From contig CAZKJG010000022.1 of the NCBI GenBank assembly GCA_964553045.1, positions 1-13,571 on the forward strand: 13,571 bases of DNA. The letters are read 5' to 3'. The notes under the pieces were generated by a model, which was not told where the DNA came from, did no database searches, and saw nothing but the letters and a program-made list of their open reading frames with translations. Shown piece by piece: positions 6,606 through 13,266 of this stretch (the stretch's first letter is position 1; every line of letters starts with the position of its first letter). The stretch is from an uncultured bacterium (GTDB lineage: Bacteria; Fermentibacterota; Fermentibacteria; Fermentibacterales; JCC-6). The translations under genes were made by a program, and so were the position numbers.

Positions 6606-8276
6606 CTACCTCTTCTCGAAGGCGCTGATGATGTAGCGGATTATCTCCCTCACAGAGCTGTCTGAGAGGGGTCCGGGATTGTGCCCCACCACGTTTTCCA
6701 CCTGCTCCTCCACCCATGTGGGGTCGAACCCCAGGCCAAGGCTAGAGAGGATCTCGGCCCGGTGGTTGAGCAGGCGGACCAGCTCCACGTCGGTTCTGAG
6801 GAGCTCGCCGCGATAGTCAGGTTCTATCTCCCTCTTGCCTATGGCCTTGCGGTCGAGCTTGCCGTTGGGCGTCCGGGGCAGCCCCGGTACGAAGCTGAAC
6901 ACCTTGGGCACCTTGTGCTCGTCCACCCGGCCGCGGAGGAACCGCCTCATCTCCGCGGCTGTGAGCTCCCTGCCCGGCCGGGGAACGATGTAGGCCGCAG
7001 CGATCTCGCCCTTCACCGGATGGTGGGCGCCCACCACGCAGGCGTCGGCCACGTCCGGATGGCGGAGGATTGCCAGCTCCAGCTCCAGGGGGTAGAGCTT
7101 CAGGCCGGAGGCCTTGATCAGGCCGCCTCGCCGCCCCAGGAAGATCAGCCGTCCCATCTCCCGACGGAAGATGTCCCCGGTACGGTACCAGCCGTCTGTG
7201 TACACCTCGGCGGTGGATGCCCGGTCGCCCAGGTAGGAGCTCACCACGCCGTCGCCGCGGATGTACATCTCGCCCCGTCCGTCGTCTGTGATCTCGCCGC
7301 CGGACGGGTCCCGAAGCTGTATGGCGTAGCCCTCGACAACCTTGTCGAACCCGGTCTCTCCCGGATTTCCCACCAGGGCCACGCCGCTGGTCTCGGTGCT
7401 GCCCCAGACGGGGATTATGCTCACGCTGGTTCTTTGACCGAACCTCTCCACGAACTCCCTGGAGATGTGCATGCCGCCGGCCTCGGCCATTCGAACCGAA
7501 GAGAGGTCGACGTCGCTTCTGGCGCACAGGCGGGCCAGGCTCTCCAGCTGGGGAGGCAGGCCCATCAGGCAGGATACCTGCTCCTCCTTGATGATGGACA
7601 GGATCTCCCTGGGGTAGCGCATGTTGGTGAGGACCGTCTTGCCACCCAGATAGAGACCGCGCAGGAAGAGCTCGTGGGGGTGGCCGATGACGCCGAAGAG
7701 GGACATGTGAACGTCGGACTCCTCCAGTCCCATTGTGGAACACACTGCGGCGGTGTTGGCCAGCAGGTTCCCGTGGGTGGTGGCCGCCACCTTGGCCAGA
7801 CCGGTGGATGCGGAGGTGACGTTCAGGTAGACCACCTGGTCGGTGTACGCCTCAGGAAGCCCCTCCGGGTCCTCGTTTCCCTCCATCAGCTCACTCATGG
7901 GGACTGTGAGTACCCCGGGAGTGTCCCAGGTGAGCGGGTCGAATCCCTCCTCCGCCAGCACGACCCTGTCCGGCCAGCGGGCGAACACCCTGTGGCGCTC
8001 CGCCTCCGGCCACTTGGAGTTCAGGGCCACGAAGCGGGCGCCCAGCATGGAGGCGGCCGTGAAGGAGACCGGCAGCATCAGGGTCTTGCCGCAGAGTACC
8101 CCTACGAGGTCTCCCTCCTTCACGCCCAGGTGCTGAAGAAGGGCCGCCAGGTGACAGGACTTGCGCCACCATCCCGCGTAGTCCAGACGTTGGGCATCGT
8201 CCACCAGGGCCACCCGGGAAGGGTGGCTCCTGGCCTGACTCTCAAGAAGCCCGTGTACCGTGAACGCCTGGGTCAA
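6606..8276 (-). CDS. ANL-superfamily adenylate-forming ligase (acyl/aryl-CoA synthetase-like) with a ~75-aa C-terminal extension
   Basis: ANL core motifs are present: 'TSASTGLAKV' (a diverged P-loop), 'THGNLLAN', 'VWGSTETSG', 'WYRTGD', 'GRRGGLIKASGLKLYPLELE' and the catalytic-Lys motif 'PRTPNGKLDRKAI'. After the core comes 'REIEPDYRGELLRTDVELVRLLNHRAEILSSLG...SVREIIRYIISAFEKR'. A TTG start (8274-8276) directly abuts the TAG stop of the upstream gene (TAGTTG), with GAGGAA inside the upstream gene's last codons. Confidence 0.8.
   Translation of the reverse strand: MTQAFTVHGLLESQARSHPSRVALVDDAQRLDYAGWWRKSCHLAALLQHLGVKEGDLVGVLCGKTLMLPVSFTAASMLGARFVALNSKWPEAERHRVFARWPDRVVLAEEGFDPLTWDTPGVLTVPMSELMEGNEDPEGLPEAYTDQVVYLNVTSASTGLAKVAATTHGNLLANTAAVCSTMGLEESDVHMSLFGVIGHPHELFLRGLYLGGKTVLTNMRYPREILSIIKEEQVSCLMGLPPQLESLARLCARSDVDLSSVRMAEAGGMHISREFVERFGQRTSVSIIPVWGSTETSGVALVGNPGETGFDKVVEGYAIQLRDPSGGEITDDGRGEMYIRGDGVVSSYLGDRASTAEVYTDGWYRTGDIFRREMGRLIFLGRRGGLIKASGLKLYPLELELAILRHPDVADACVVGAHHPVKGEIAAAYIVPRPGRELTAAEMRRFLRGRVDEHKVPKVFSFVPGLPRTPNGKLDRKAIGKREIEPDYRGELLRTDVELVRLLNHRAEILSSLGLGFDPTWVEEQVENVVGHNPGPLSDSSVREIIRYIISAFEKR
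6609..6845 (-). other. C-terminal extension of the ANL ligase; helical, possible degenerate AroQ (chorismate-mutase)-like domain
   Basis: 'LRTDVELVRLLNHRAEIL' and 'VREIIRYIISAFE' loosely resemble the first and last helices of AroQ chorismate mutases (LR..ID.ID..LL.LL.ER / ...IFR.II..S). Several AroQ catalytic positions (Lys39, Gln88 equivalents) are not matched. Seen by eye only. Confidence 0.25.
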
Positions 8277-9422
8277 CTATTCCTCGCTCAGGTTGTTGCC
8301 GCACTCGGGGCAGAACTTGGCCCCGGCCTCCACCTGCGCGCCGCACTCGGGGCAGGTGGCTCCGGCCAGGTTCTGTCCGCAGTTGGGGCAGAAGCTGGCT
8401 CCCCCCGGCACGGGATTGCCGCAGTTCGGGCAGGCCTTCTGCAGGGGCTTGCCGCACTCGGGGCAGAACTTGCCCTGCGGTACCTGCACGCCGCAGGAGG
8501 GGCAGGTAACGGCGGGGACGCTCCCTCCGCCTCCGCCCTGTCCGCCGGCCTGGCCCTGTCCGCCGCCGCTCATGGTCTGGCCCATCATGTTGGCCATGGT
8601 CATGCCCATGCCGAGCCCGGCCCCCATGCCGACGCCTGCGCCTGCGGCTCCACCTCCGGACTCGTTCTGGGCCGCATCGCCCATGGCGGTGGCGGTCTTG
8701 AACTTCATGTAGCTGTCCAGGTCGCCCATGGCGCCCATGGCGCTGCGCTCGTCGATGCGCTTCTGGACCTCCTCGGGGGGCGTTATGGCGTTGATGTAGA
8801 AGTCCACCAGCTGGATGCCGTACTTCTCGAAGTCATCGCCCAGGCGGGTCTTGGACAGGGTGGCTATCTCGTCGTAGTACTGCGGCAGGTCGAAGAGGGT
8901 CTCGATGGTCTCGCCGAGCAGGTCGGCCAGCCTGGCGGTAATCACGTCCTTGAGGTAGCCCTCTATGGAGTCGGTGGTGAAACGTCCCTCGGTACCCACC
9001 AGCTTGTTGATGAACAGCTGGCTGTTGTGCACTCGAATGGAGAAGCGGCCGAAGGCGCGAAGGCGCACCATGGCCAGCTCACTGTCCCGGAAGGGAATGG
9101 GCTCCTTGGTTCCCCACTTCATCTCGGTGAAGGTCTTCTTGTTCACATAGTAGACCTCCGCCCGGAAGGGCGAGCCCTTGTCTGCGAAGGCCATGTCCAC
9201 CAGGCCGGCCAGCAGGGGAACGTTCTGGGTGGTCAGTGTGTGGCGTCCGGGGCCGAAGGTATCCAGCGCCTTGCCGTCGCGGTAGAACACCGCCTCCTGG
9301 TTCTCCCGCACCAGAAGCTGGCTGCCCAGTCTGAACTCACCGGAGCCTCCCTCGGGGACCCTGCTCACGAGATGGTCACCCGTATCGTCGAGGTACTCGA
9401 TAATCTCGGGGCGCTTGAACAT
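8277..9422 (-). CDS. SPFH/Band-7 family protein (YdjI-like 'Band_7_1' type) with a Gly/Met-rich linker and three tandem C-terminal zinc ribbons
   Basis: The N-terminus 'EIIEYLDDTGDHLVSRVP...LLVRENQEAVFYRDGKALDTFGPGRHTLTTQNVP' matches the soluble YdjI-type SPFH family. A low-complexity 'GGGAAGAGVGMGAGLGMGMTMANMMGQTMSGGGQGQAGGQGGGGG' linker follows. Three CPxCG-X10-13-CPxCG ribbons follow it: 'CPSCG..FCPECG', 'CPNCG..FCPNCG', 'CPECG..FCPECG'. GAGGAAGG Shine-Dalgarno 5 nt before ATG 9422. Confidence 0.8.
   Translation of the reverse strand: MFKRPEIIEYLDDTGDHLVSRVPEGGSGEFRLGSQLLVRENQEAVFYRDGKALDTFGPGRHTLTTQNVPLLAGLVDMAFADKGSPFRAEVYYVNKKTFTEMKWGTKEPIPFRDSELAMVRLRAFGRFSIRVHNSQLFINKLVGTEGRFTTDSIEGYLKDVITARLADLLGETIETLFDLPQYYDEIATLSKTRLGDDFEKYGIQLVDFYINAITPPEEVQKRIDERSAMGAMGDLDSYMKFKTATAMGDAAQNESGGGAAGAGVGMGAGLGMGMTMANMMGQTMSGGGQGQAGGQGGGGGSVPAVTCPSCGVQVPQGKFCPECGKPLQKACPNCGNPVPGGASFCPNCGQNLAGATCPECGAQVEAGAKFCPECGNNLSEE
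8280..8504 (-). repeat. Intragenic tandem repeat encoding 3 zinc-ribbon modules (~75 bp each), including an exact 24-bp direct repeat
   Basis: The exact 24-mer ttgccgcactcggggcagaacttg occurs at 8296-8319 and 8449-8472; both copies encode KFCPECG. A degenerate copy lies around 8415-8440 (SFCPNCG). This is coding sequence, not CRISPR-like. Confidence 0.8.
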
Positions 9423-9457
9423 CGCTGCCTTCCTCTCAGAGTGCCGCGCCGGCCGTG

Positions 9458-9976
9458 TCAGTCGGCAGGCGTGTTCTTCTCCAGGTCTATCATGAGATCA
9501 CTTCTTGAATCCATCTTGTTGCTGAAGTCCATCAGCAGCTCCACTACGCCCTTGATATGGGGAGCCATGTCCTGGCCGGAGTCGGCGGCGGAGGCCAGCT
9601 CGTCGATGGCCTTCTCCACATCCTCCACATTCTCCACCAGCTCCACGTCGAACCTGTAGAGGTCGTCCAGCTCGTCCTCGCGCACCTTGTGCATGTCGAA
9701 CAGGCCGCGGTATCCCCTGGCGGCAAATCGGATCTCGTCGATGACCTTCTCCAGGCGCTTGTCCACCCGGTCCAGGTCTCCCACGGCCTTCAGCGCGGCC
9801 GGACCCTTCAGACCGCCGGTGATCTCCCTGCCCGTGGTGCGGGCCCGCTCCAGCCTCTTCACCAGGGTCATTCTGAGGAGCTGGTCGTTGTCGCGGCGCT
9901 CCTCCTTGCGCTTGTAGCCCTTGTATCCGGGAATCAGCCTTACGGCCTTCTCGAGAAAATCAAGCTTCCTTCCCAT
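9458..9976 (-). CDS. Hypothetical 172-aa highly charged, predicted all-helical protein; putative partner of the downstream SPFH-zinc-ribbon protein
   Basis: Complete ORF ending 35 nt upstream of the SPFH gene, with which it appears co-transcribed. No recognisable catalytic motif and no TM segment. Contains KR-rich and acidic stretches ('YKGYKRKEERRDND', 'EDELDDLYRFDVELVENVEDVEKAIDEL'). Confidence 0.55.
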   Translation of the reverse strand: MGRKLDFLEKAVRLIPGYKGYKRKEERRDNDQLLRMTLVKRLERARTTGREITGGLKGPAALKAVGDLDRVDKRLEKVIDEIRFAARGYRGLFDMHKVREDELDDLYRFDVELVENVEDVEKAIDELASAADSGQDMAPHIKGVVELLMDFSNKMDSRSDLMIDLEKNTPAD

Positions 9977-10020
9977 CTCCTCCAGTCCTTTCTCCTGAGT
10001 GTTCCCCGGGAAGCATAGTC

Positions 10021-10048
10021 AAGATAAGAAGGGCCTCCCAGCCGTCAA
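10021..10048 (-). promoter_or_regulatory. Candidate sigma70-like promoter upstream of the 172-aa gene
   Basis: On the minus strand: TTGACG (10043-10048), a 16-nt spacer, then TATCTT (10021-10026), ~45 nt upstream of ATG 9976 in the 89-nt mltG-to-ORF gap. Weak -10; speculative. Confidence 0.25.
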
Positions 10049-10065
10049 TCCAGGTATGCGGCCAT

Positions 10066-11040
10066 TCACCTCACGCTGCGGATGTTTCGGGCGTGCTCGG
10101 CGTGGGTTCTGGCGAACAGGTGCCTTCCGGAGCCGTCCCCCCTGCTTACGAAGTAAAGATACCCTTCGCCGGTGTCGGGGGAAACCGCCGCCTCCAGCGC
10201 CTTTCGGCCCGGCGAGCAGATGGGGCCCGGAGGCAGCCCCTGGTGTATGTATGTGTTGTAGGGGCTGTCCACCTCCAGGTCTCTGTACAGAAGCGTATCG
10301 TGTACCCTGCCCAGGGCGTACTGGACGGTGGCGCAGCTCTCCAGCTTCATTCCCCGCCGCAGGCGGTTTGCGAAGACCCCGGCGATCAGTGCCCGTTCCT
10401 CGTCCACCCTGGCCTCCCTCTCCACTATGGAGGCCAGTATCACCGTCCGATGCCTGTCCGCCCCCTCCGCCGGCTCCCAGCTGGAGAGGCCGGTGCGGAC
10501 GATCCTGGTGATCACCTGGCGGGGTGAGAGGGTGTCGGCCAGCTCGTACGTCTCCGGGTAGAGGTAACCCTCCAGGCAGGGTACTCCCAGGTCCTCCAGG
10601 AGGGCGCTGTCCCGGGCCAGGCTGTCCAGCACCTGCATCGGCATGCCCAGGGAGTCGGAGAGCATGGCCAGCGTGGTGTCCATCCTCAGCCCCTCGGGTA
10701 TGGTCACCCAGTGGGCGGGCACCGGTATCACCCGGCCGGAGGCCAGGCGGAAGAGTATGGAGTCCACCTGCATTGTGTCGGAGAGCAGGTACCTGCCGGC
10801 CTGCAGCGGAGGCTCCCCCTCCATCCTGGAGTACCTCCAGAGCACGTAGTGATGGCTGCGGACGAGGCCGGAGTCCGCCAGAAGCCCGGCTACGCCGCGG
10901 GCTCCGATGCCCCTGGGTACGGTGAGCTTCACCATCCTCCCCGACCCAGGAGGGGAAGACACCCACCGGAACAGGCCGTATGCTGCGGCCAGAAGCAGCA
11001 GCGGGACCAGTATGGCCAGGACCAGCAGCTTTCTCCGCAT
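10066..11040 (-). CDS. mltG: Endolytic murein transglycosylase MltG (YceG family)
   Basis: N-terminal signal-anchor helix. C-terminal 'SPYNTYIHQGLPPGPICSPGRKALEAAVSP...GYLYFVSRGDGSGRHLFARTHAEH' is the YceG/MltG signature region. ATG overlaps the ruvX stop (TGATG). Confidence 0.88.
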   Translation of the reverse strand: MRRKLLVLAILVPLLLLAAAYGLFRWVSSPPGSGRMVKLTVPRGIGARGVAGLLADSGLVRSHHYVLWRYSRMEGEPPLQAGRYLLSDTMQVDSILFRLASGRVIPVPAHWVTIPEGLRMDTTLAMLSDSLGMPMQVLDSLARDSALLEDLGVPCLEGYLYPETYELADTLSPRQVITRIVRTGLSSWEPAEGADRHRTVILASIVEREARVDEERALIAGVFANRLRRGMKLESCATVQYALGRVHDTLLYRDLEVDSPYNTYIHQGLPPGPICSPGRKALEAAVSPDTGEGYLYFVSRGDGSGRHLFARTHAEHARNIRSVR

Positions 11041-11432
11041 CAGGCCATTCCCAGGAAGCGTTTCAGCACTATGGCGGCGGCCAGGGAGTCGGTTTTGCCG
11101 TCCCGCCGGGACGAGTCGCGGAACTTCCTGGCTTCCAGGGTAGTGCCTGTCTCCCGCTGAAGATGCACCTCGAAGCCCTCATTCCGCAGGTGGTGGGCCA
11201 GCTTTTCCACCTCGTCGCACATGGGTATCCGGTTTCCGGAGGCGGCCAGGGGGAGCCCCAGCACCACCCGGCCGGGCCCGTAGCCCTTCGCCAGCTCCCT
11301 CAGTCGGGATACGATGTCGTCCCATGTGGGCTCCAGAAGGGGCTGCTGGGGGACCACCACTCCGGAAATGCAGATGGCCAGGCCCACCCTCTTGCTGCCG
11401 TAGTCGATGCCCACGTCAACTCCTGAACTCAT
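11040..11432 (-). CDS. ruvX: Putative pre-16S rRNA nuclease / Holliday-junction resolvase-like protein RuvX (YqgF)
   Basis: 'GIDYGSKRVGLAI' N-terminal RNase-H-fold motif and 'DSLAAAIVLKRFL' C-terminal motif; 130 aa. ATG overlaps the stop of the upstream membrane-protein gene (ATGA). Confidence 0.85.
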   Translation of the reverse strand: MSSGVDVGIDYGSKRVGLAICISGVVVPQQPLLEPTWDDIVSRLRELAKGYGPGRVVLGLPLAASGNRIPMCDEVEKLAHHLRNEGFEVHLQRETGTTLEARKFRDSSRRDGKTDSLAAAIVLKRFLGMA

Positions 11433-13105
11433 CTGGACACGTCCCTGCTGCCGAAGGTCCGGCCTGCCAGGATCATGGGAATCGCTCCGGCCGCCAGCGA
11501 CAGGGGCACCAGCACCACTCCGGCCCGCAGCAGGGGCTCCAGCATGGCCGACTCCCGGTACCCCATCACCATGTAGCTGCGGGTGACCCAGGAGAGGGAG
11601 GCCACCACCAGAAGCACGAAGGCCGTGGAGGCGAAGGCCGCAATGATGCCCCCCTGGCCGCTGGCGATGTTGGCCGCGTTGTTGTCGTCGAAGCGGGGGT
11701 ATATGGACCCCAGGGCGATGTTTATGGAAACCAGAACGGTACAGACCAGAAGCAGCGCGCCCCCCGACTCCACAAGCAGCAGCGACCCCGCCCCTATGCT
11801 AAGCGAAGACACCAGGCCCGCTCCCACCATCAGGGGCGTTACGGCCAGGAACGACTGTAGCCACTTGGAGCGCAGAAGCAGCAGCCGCCCGCCGGGGACC
11901 TGTAGTATGGCCGCCAGGCCCGGACCCTCCAGGCTCACCGAGGGGAAGGCGAAGCGCACCAGCAGGGTCGCGGCCACGAAGCCCGAGAACGAGATGTTCA
12001 TGAAGACCGCGACGGAAAGCCATATGTGGCTGTCGAAATTCATGGGAAATCGGCGCAGGTTGGCCGCGTACAGCAGGAACAGGCCAACCAGGAGGCCCAG
12101 CTGGCTCCACTGTACGGGGTCCCGCAGGAAAAGCAGAAGGTCCTTCCCGAAGAAGGCCCGCAGCCTGCCGCCGCCGGCTATCAGCCTGGGGGGAGAGCTG
12201 GTCCCCGCCTGGGAGGTCTGCCCCACCCGGGCGAACCTTCGCCGGAATCCGCGGCCGGTCAGAGAGAGGGCCAGAAGACCCAGGGCACATCCCTCGAATG
12301 CCATCAGACCGGTCCTGACAAGGGCCCCCGAGGTGCTACCGGCGGCAAGATGGGCGATGGACGAGCCGTACAGCGCATGGGGCCATCCGCTCCATCCAGT
12401 GCTGGGCAGGGACGCCACGAAACTCTGGACCGCAGCCTCGGTGGCGGCGGCGTCGGGTATCACGATCTCCTCCGGAGCGCTGCTGCTCACCAGCAGCAGT
12501 ATGCCCGCTGCGGCCAGGATCACCGTCGCGCCCACGGCCTTCCAGAGGGTGGAGAGCCCGCCCATGCGGGAGAAGAGGGCCAGCAGCAGGCTTCCCCCTC
12601 CCAGCCAGGAGAGTATCAGAAGCGGAAAGGTCACCACCCCGTATATGGAGGCGGCAATGGGCTGTCTCAGCGAGCCGGTGTAGGCCAGCACCACCGGGAT
12701 TCCCAGCAGGAGCATGGCCCATCCGGCGTAGAACCAGCTCTCCACCGTCCTGAACCGGGCCACCGCTCCGCCCGGTATGGGCAGGGTGAGCAGGAAGGCG
12801 GTCTCGTCGGACCGGTAGAGGGTGGATACCCCGCTGATCAGGGATGAGACCACGATGAAGATGCCGAAGGTCATCATGGCCATGGACAGCAGCCTCCGGG
12901 CCAGCGCCTCGCCGAAGGCCACGTCCTCCAGCCCTGTGAGATAGCCGAACAGAAAGTCGAACAGGAGGTACATGGAGGGCACTATCACCAGCACGGTCAG
13001 ACCGCCGGCGATGAGCTTCAGCCTGTTGGTCTCCCATGCCGAGGACAGGGCGCCCGCCAGCGAGTTCTGCTTCGCTTCCGCCAGGATACGGTAGGTTGAT
13101 GCCAT
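11429..13105 (-). CDS. Large polytopic integral membrane protein (~12+ predicted TM helices); function unknown, possibly an ABC-2-type exporter permease-like protein
   Basis: 558 aa, hydrophobic throughout, with many 20-aa apolar segments separated by short loops. First gene of the minus-strand array. No ATPase partner in the window. Weak Shine-Dalgarno; a TATTAT (minus strand) lies just upstream of the ATG. Confidence 0.6.
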   Translation of the reverse strand: MASTYRILAEAKQNSLAGALSSAWETNRLKLIAGGLTVLVIVPSMYLLFDFLFGYLTGLEDVAFGEALARRLLSMAMMTFGIFIVVSSLISGVSTLYRSDETAFLLTLPIPGGAVARFRTVESWFYAGWAMLLLGIPVVLAYTGSLRQPIAASIYGVVTFPLLILSWLGGGSLLLALFSRMGGLSTLWKAVGATVILAAAGILLLVSSSAPEEIVIPDAAATEAAVQSFVASLPSTGWSGWPHALYGSSIAHLAAGSTSGALVRTGLMAFEGCALGLLALSLTGRGFRRRFARVGQTSQAGTSSPPRLIAGGGRLRAFFGKDLLLFLRDPVQWSQLGLLVGLFLLYAANLRRFPMNFDSHIWLSVAVFMNISFSGFVAATLLVRFAFPSVSLEGPGLAAILQVPGGRLLLLRSKWLQSFLAVTPLMVGAGLVSSLSIGAGSLLLVESGGALLLVCTVLVSINIALGSIYPRFDDNNAANIASGQGGIIAAFASTAFVLLVVASLSWVTRSYMVMGYRESAMLEPLLRAGVVLVPLSLAAGAIPMILAGRTFGSRDVSR

Positions 13106-13109
13106 GCCC

Positions 13110-13115
13110 TATAAT
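13110..13115 (+). promoter_or_regulatory. Perfect TATAAT hexamer in the divergent intergenic region
   Basis: A plus-strand TATAAT at 13110-13115 is conspicuous in GC-rich DNA. It is 5 nt from the minus-strand membrane-gene ATG and ~150 nt upstream of the plus-strand zinc-ribbon gene. There is no good -35 at 16-18 bp (TTGATG at 13096-13101 is too close). On the minus strand it reads TATTAT immediately before the ATG, which could imply a leaderless mRNA. Its role is ambiguous. Confidence 0.3.
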
Positions 13116-13200
13116 ACTCATGACTTCCCCGTTCCGCTACACTTTTCCACACCCGGGGACGGGGGCATTTTAACTCATATGCGCGAGTAATTCGCTGCAT

Positions 13201-13229
13201 TTGCGACGGCAGCAGCCGTCGAATATTGT
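13201..13229 (+). promoter_or_regulatory. Candidate promoter TTGCGA-N17-TATTGT with a 7-bp inverted repeat in the spacer (possible operator)
   Basis: TTGCGA at 13201-13206, a 17-nt spacer, TATTGT at 13224-13229. Inside the spacer is cgacggc-agca-gccgtcg (13204-13221). The zinc-ribbon gene's Shine-Dalgarno (13255) and start lie ~30-40 nt downstream. Confidence 0.3.
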
Positions 13230-13266
13230 AATGCCCGTACCGAAGGCTCAGCGCAAGGAGGATCCC

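Noticed and set aside
8296-8472. Direct repeats that might suggest a CRISPR array or mobile-element terminal repeats
   Set aside because: The repeats are in-frame coding sequence for repeated CPxCG zinc-ribbon modules. No spacer/repeat periodicity and no cas or transposase genes are present.
6681-9659. 992-aa plus-strand ORF antisense to the ANL ligase and SPFH genes
   Set aside because: Same reasoning. It crosses a gene boundary on the opposite strand, and its composition is dominated by G/A/L/H/Q runs typical of antisense GC-rich frames.
9458-9976. 172-aa helical protein as a PspA/IM30 homologue (as in the Bacillus pspA-ydjGHI context)
   Set aside because: It lacks the characteristic PspA N-terminal amphipathic start and is shorter (172 aa versus ~220). 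The similarity is only in being charged and helical. Left as hypothetical.
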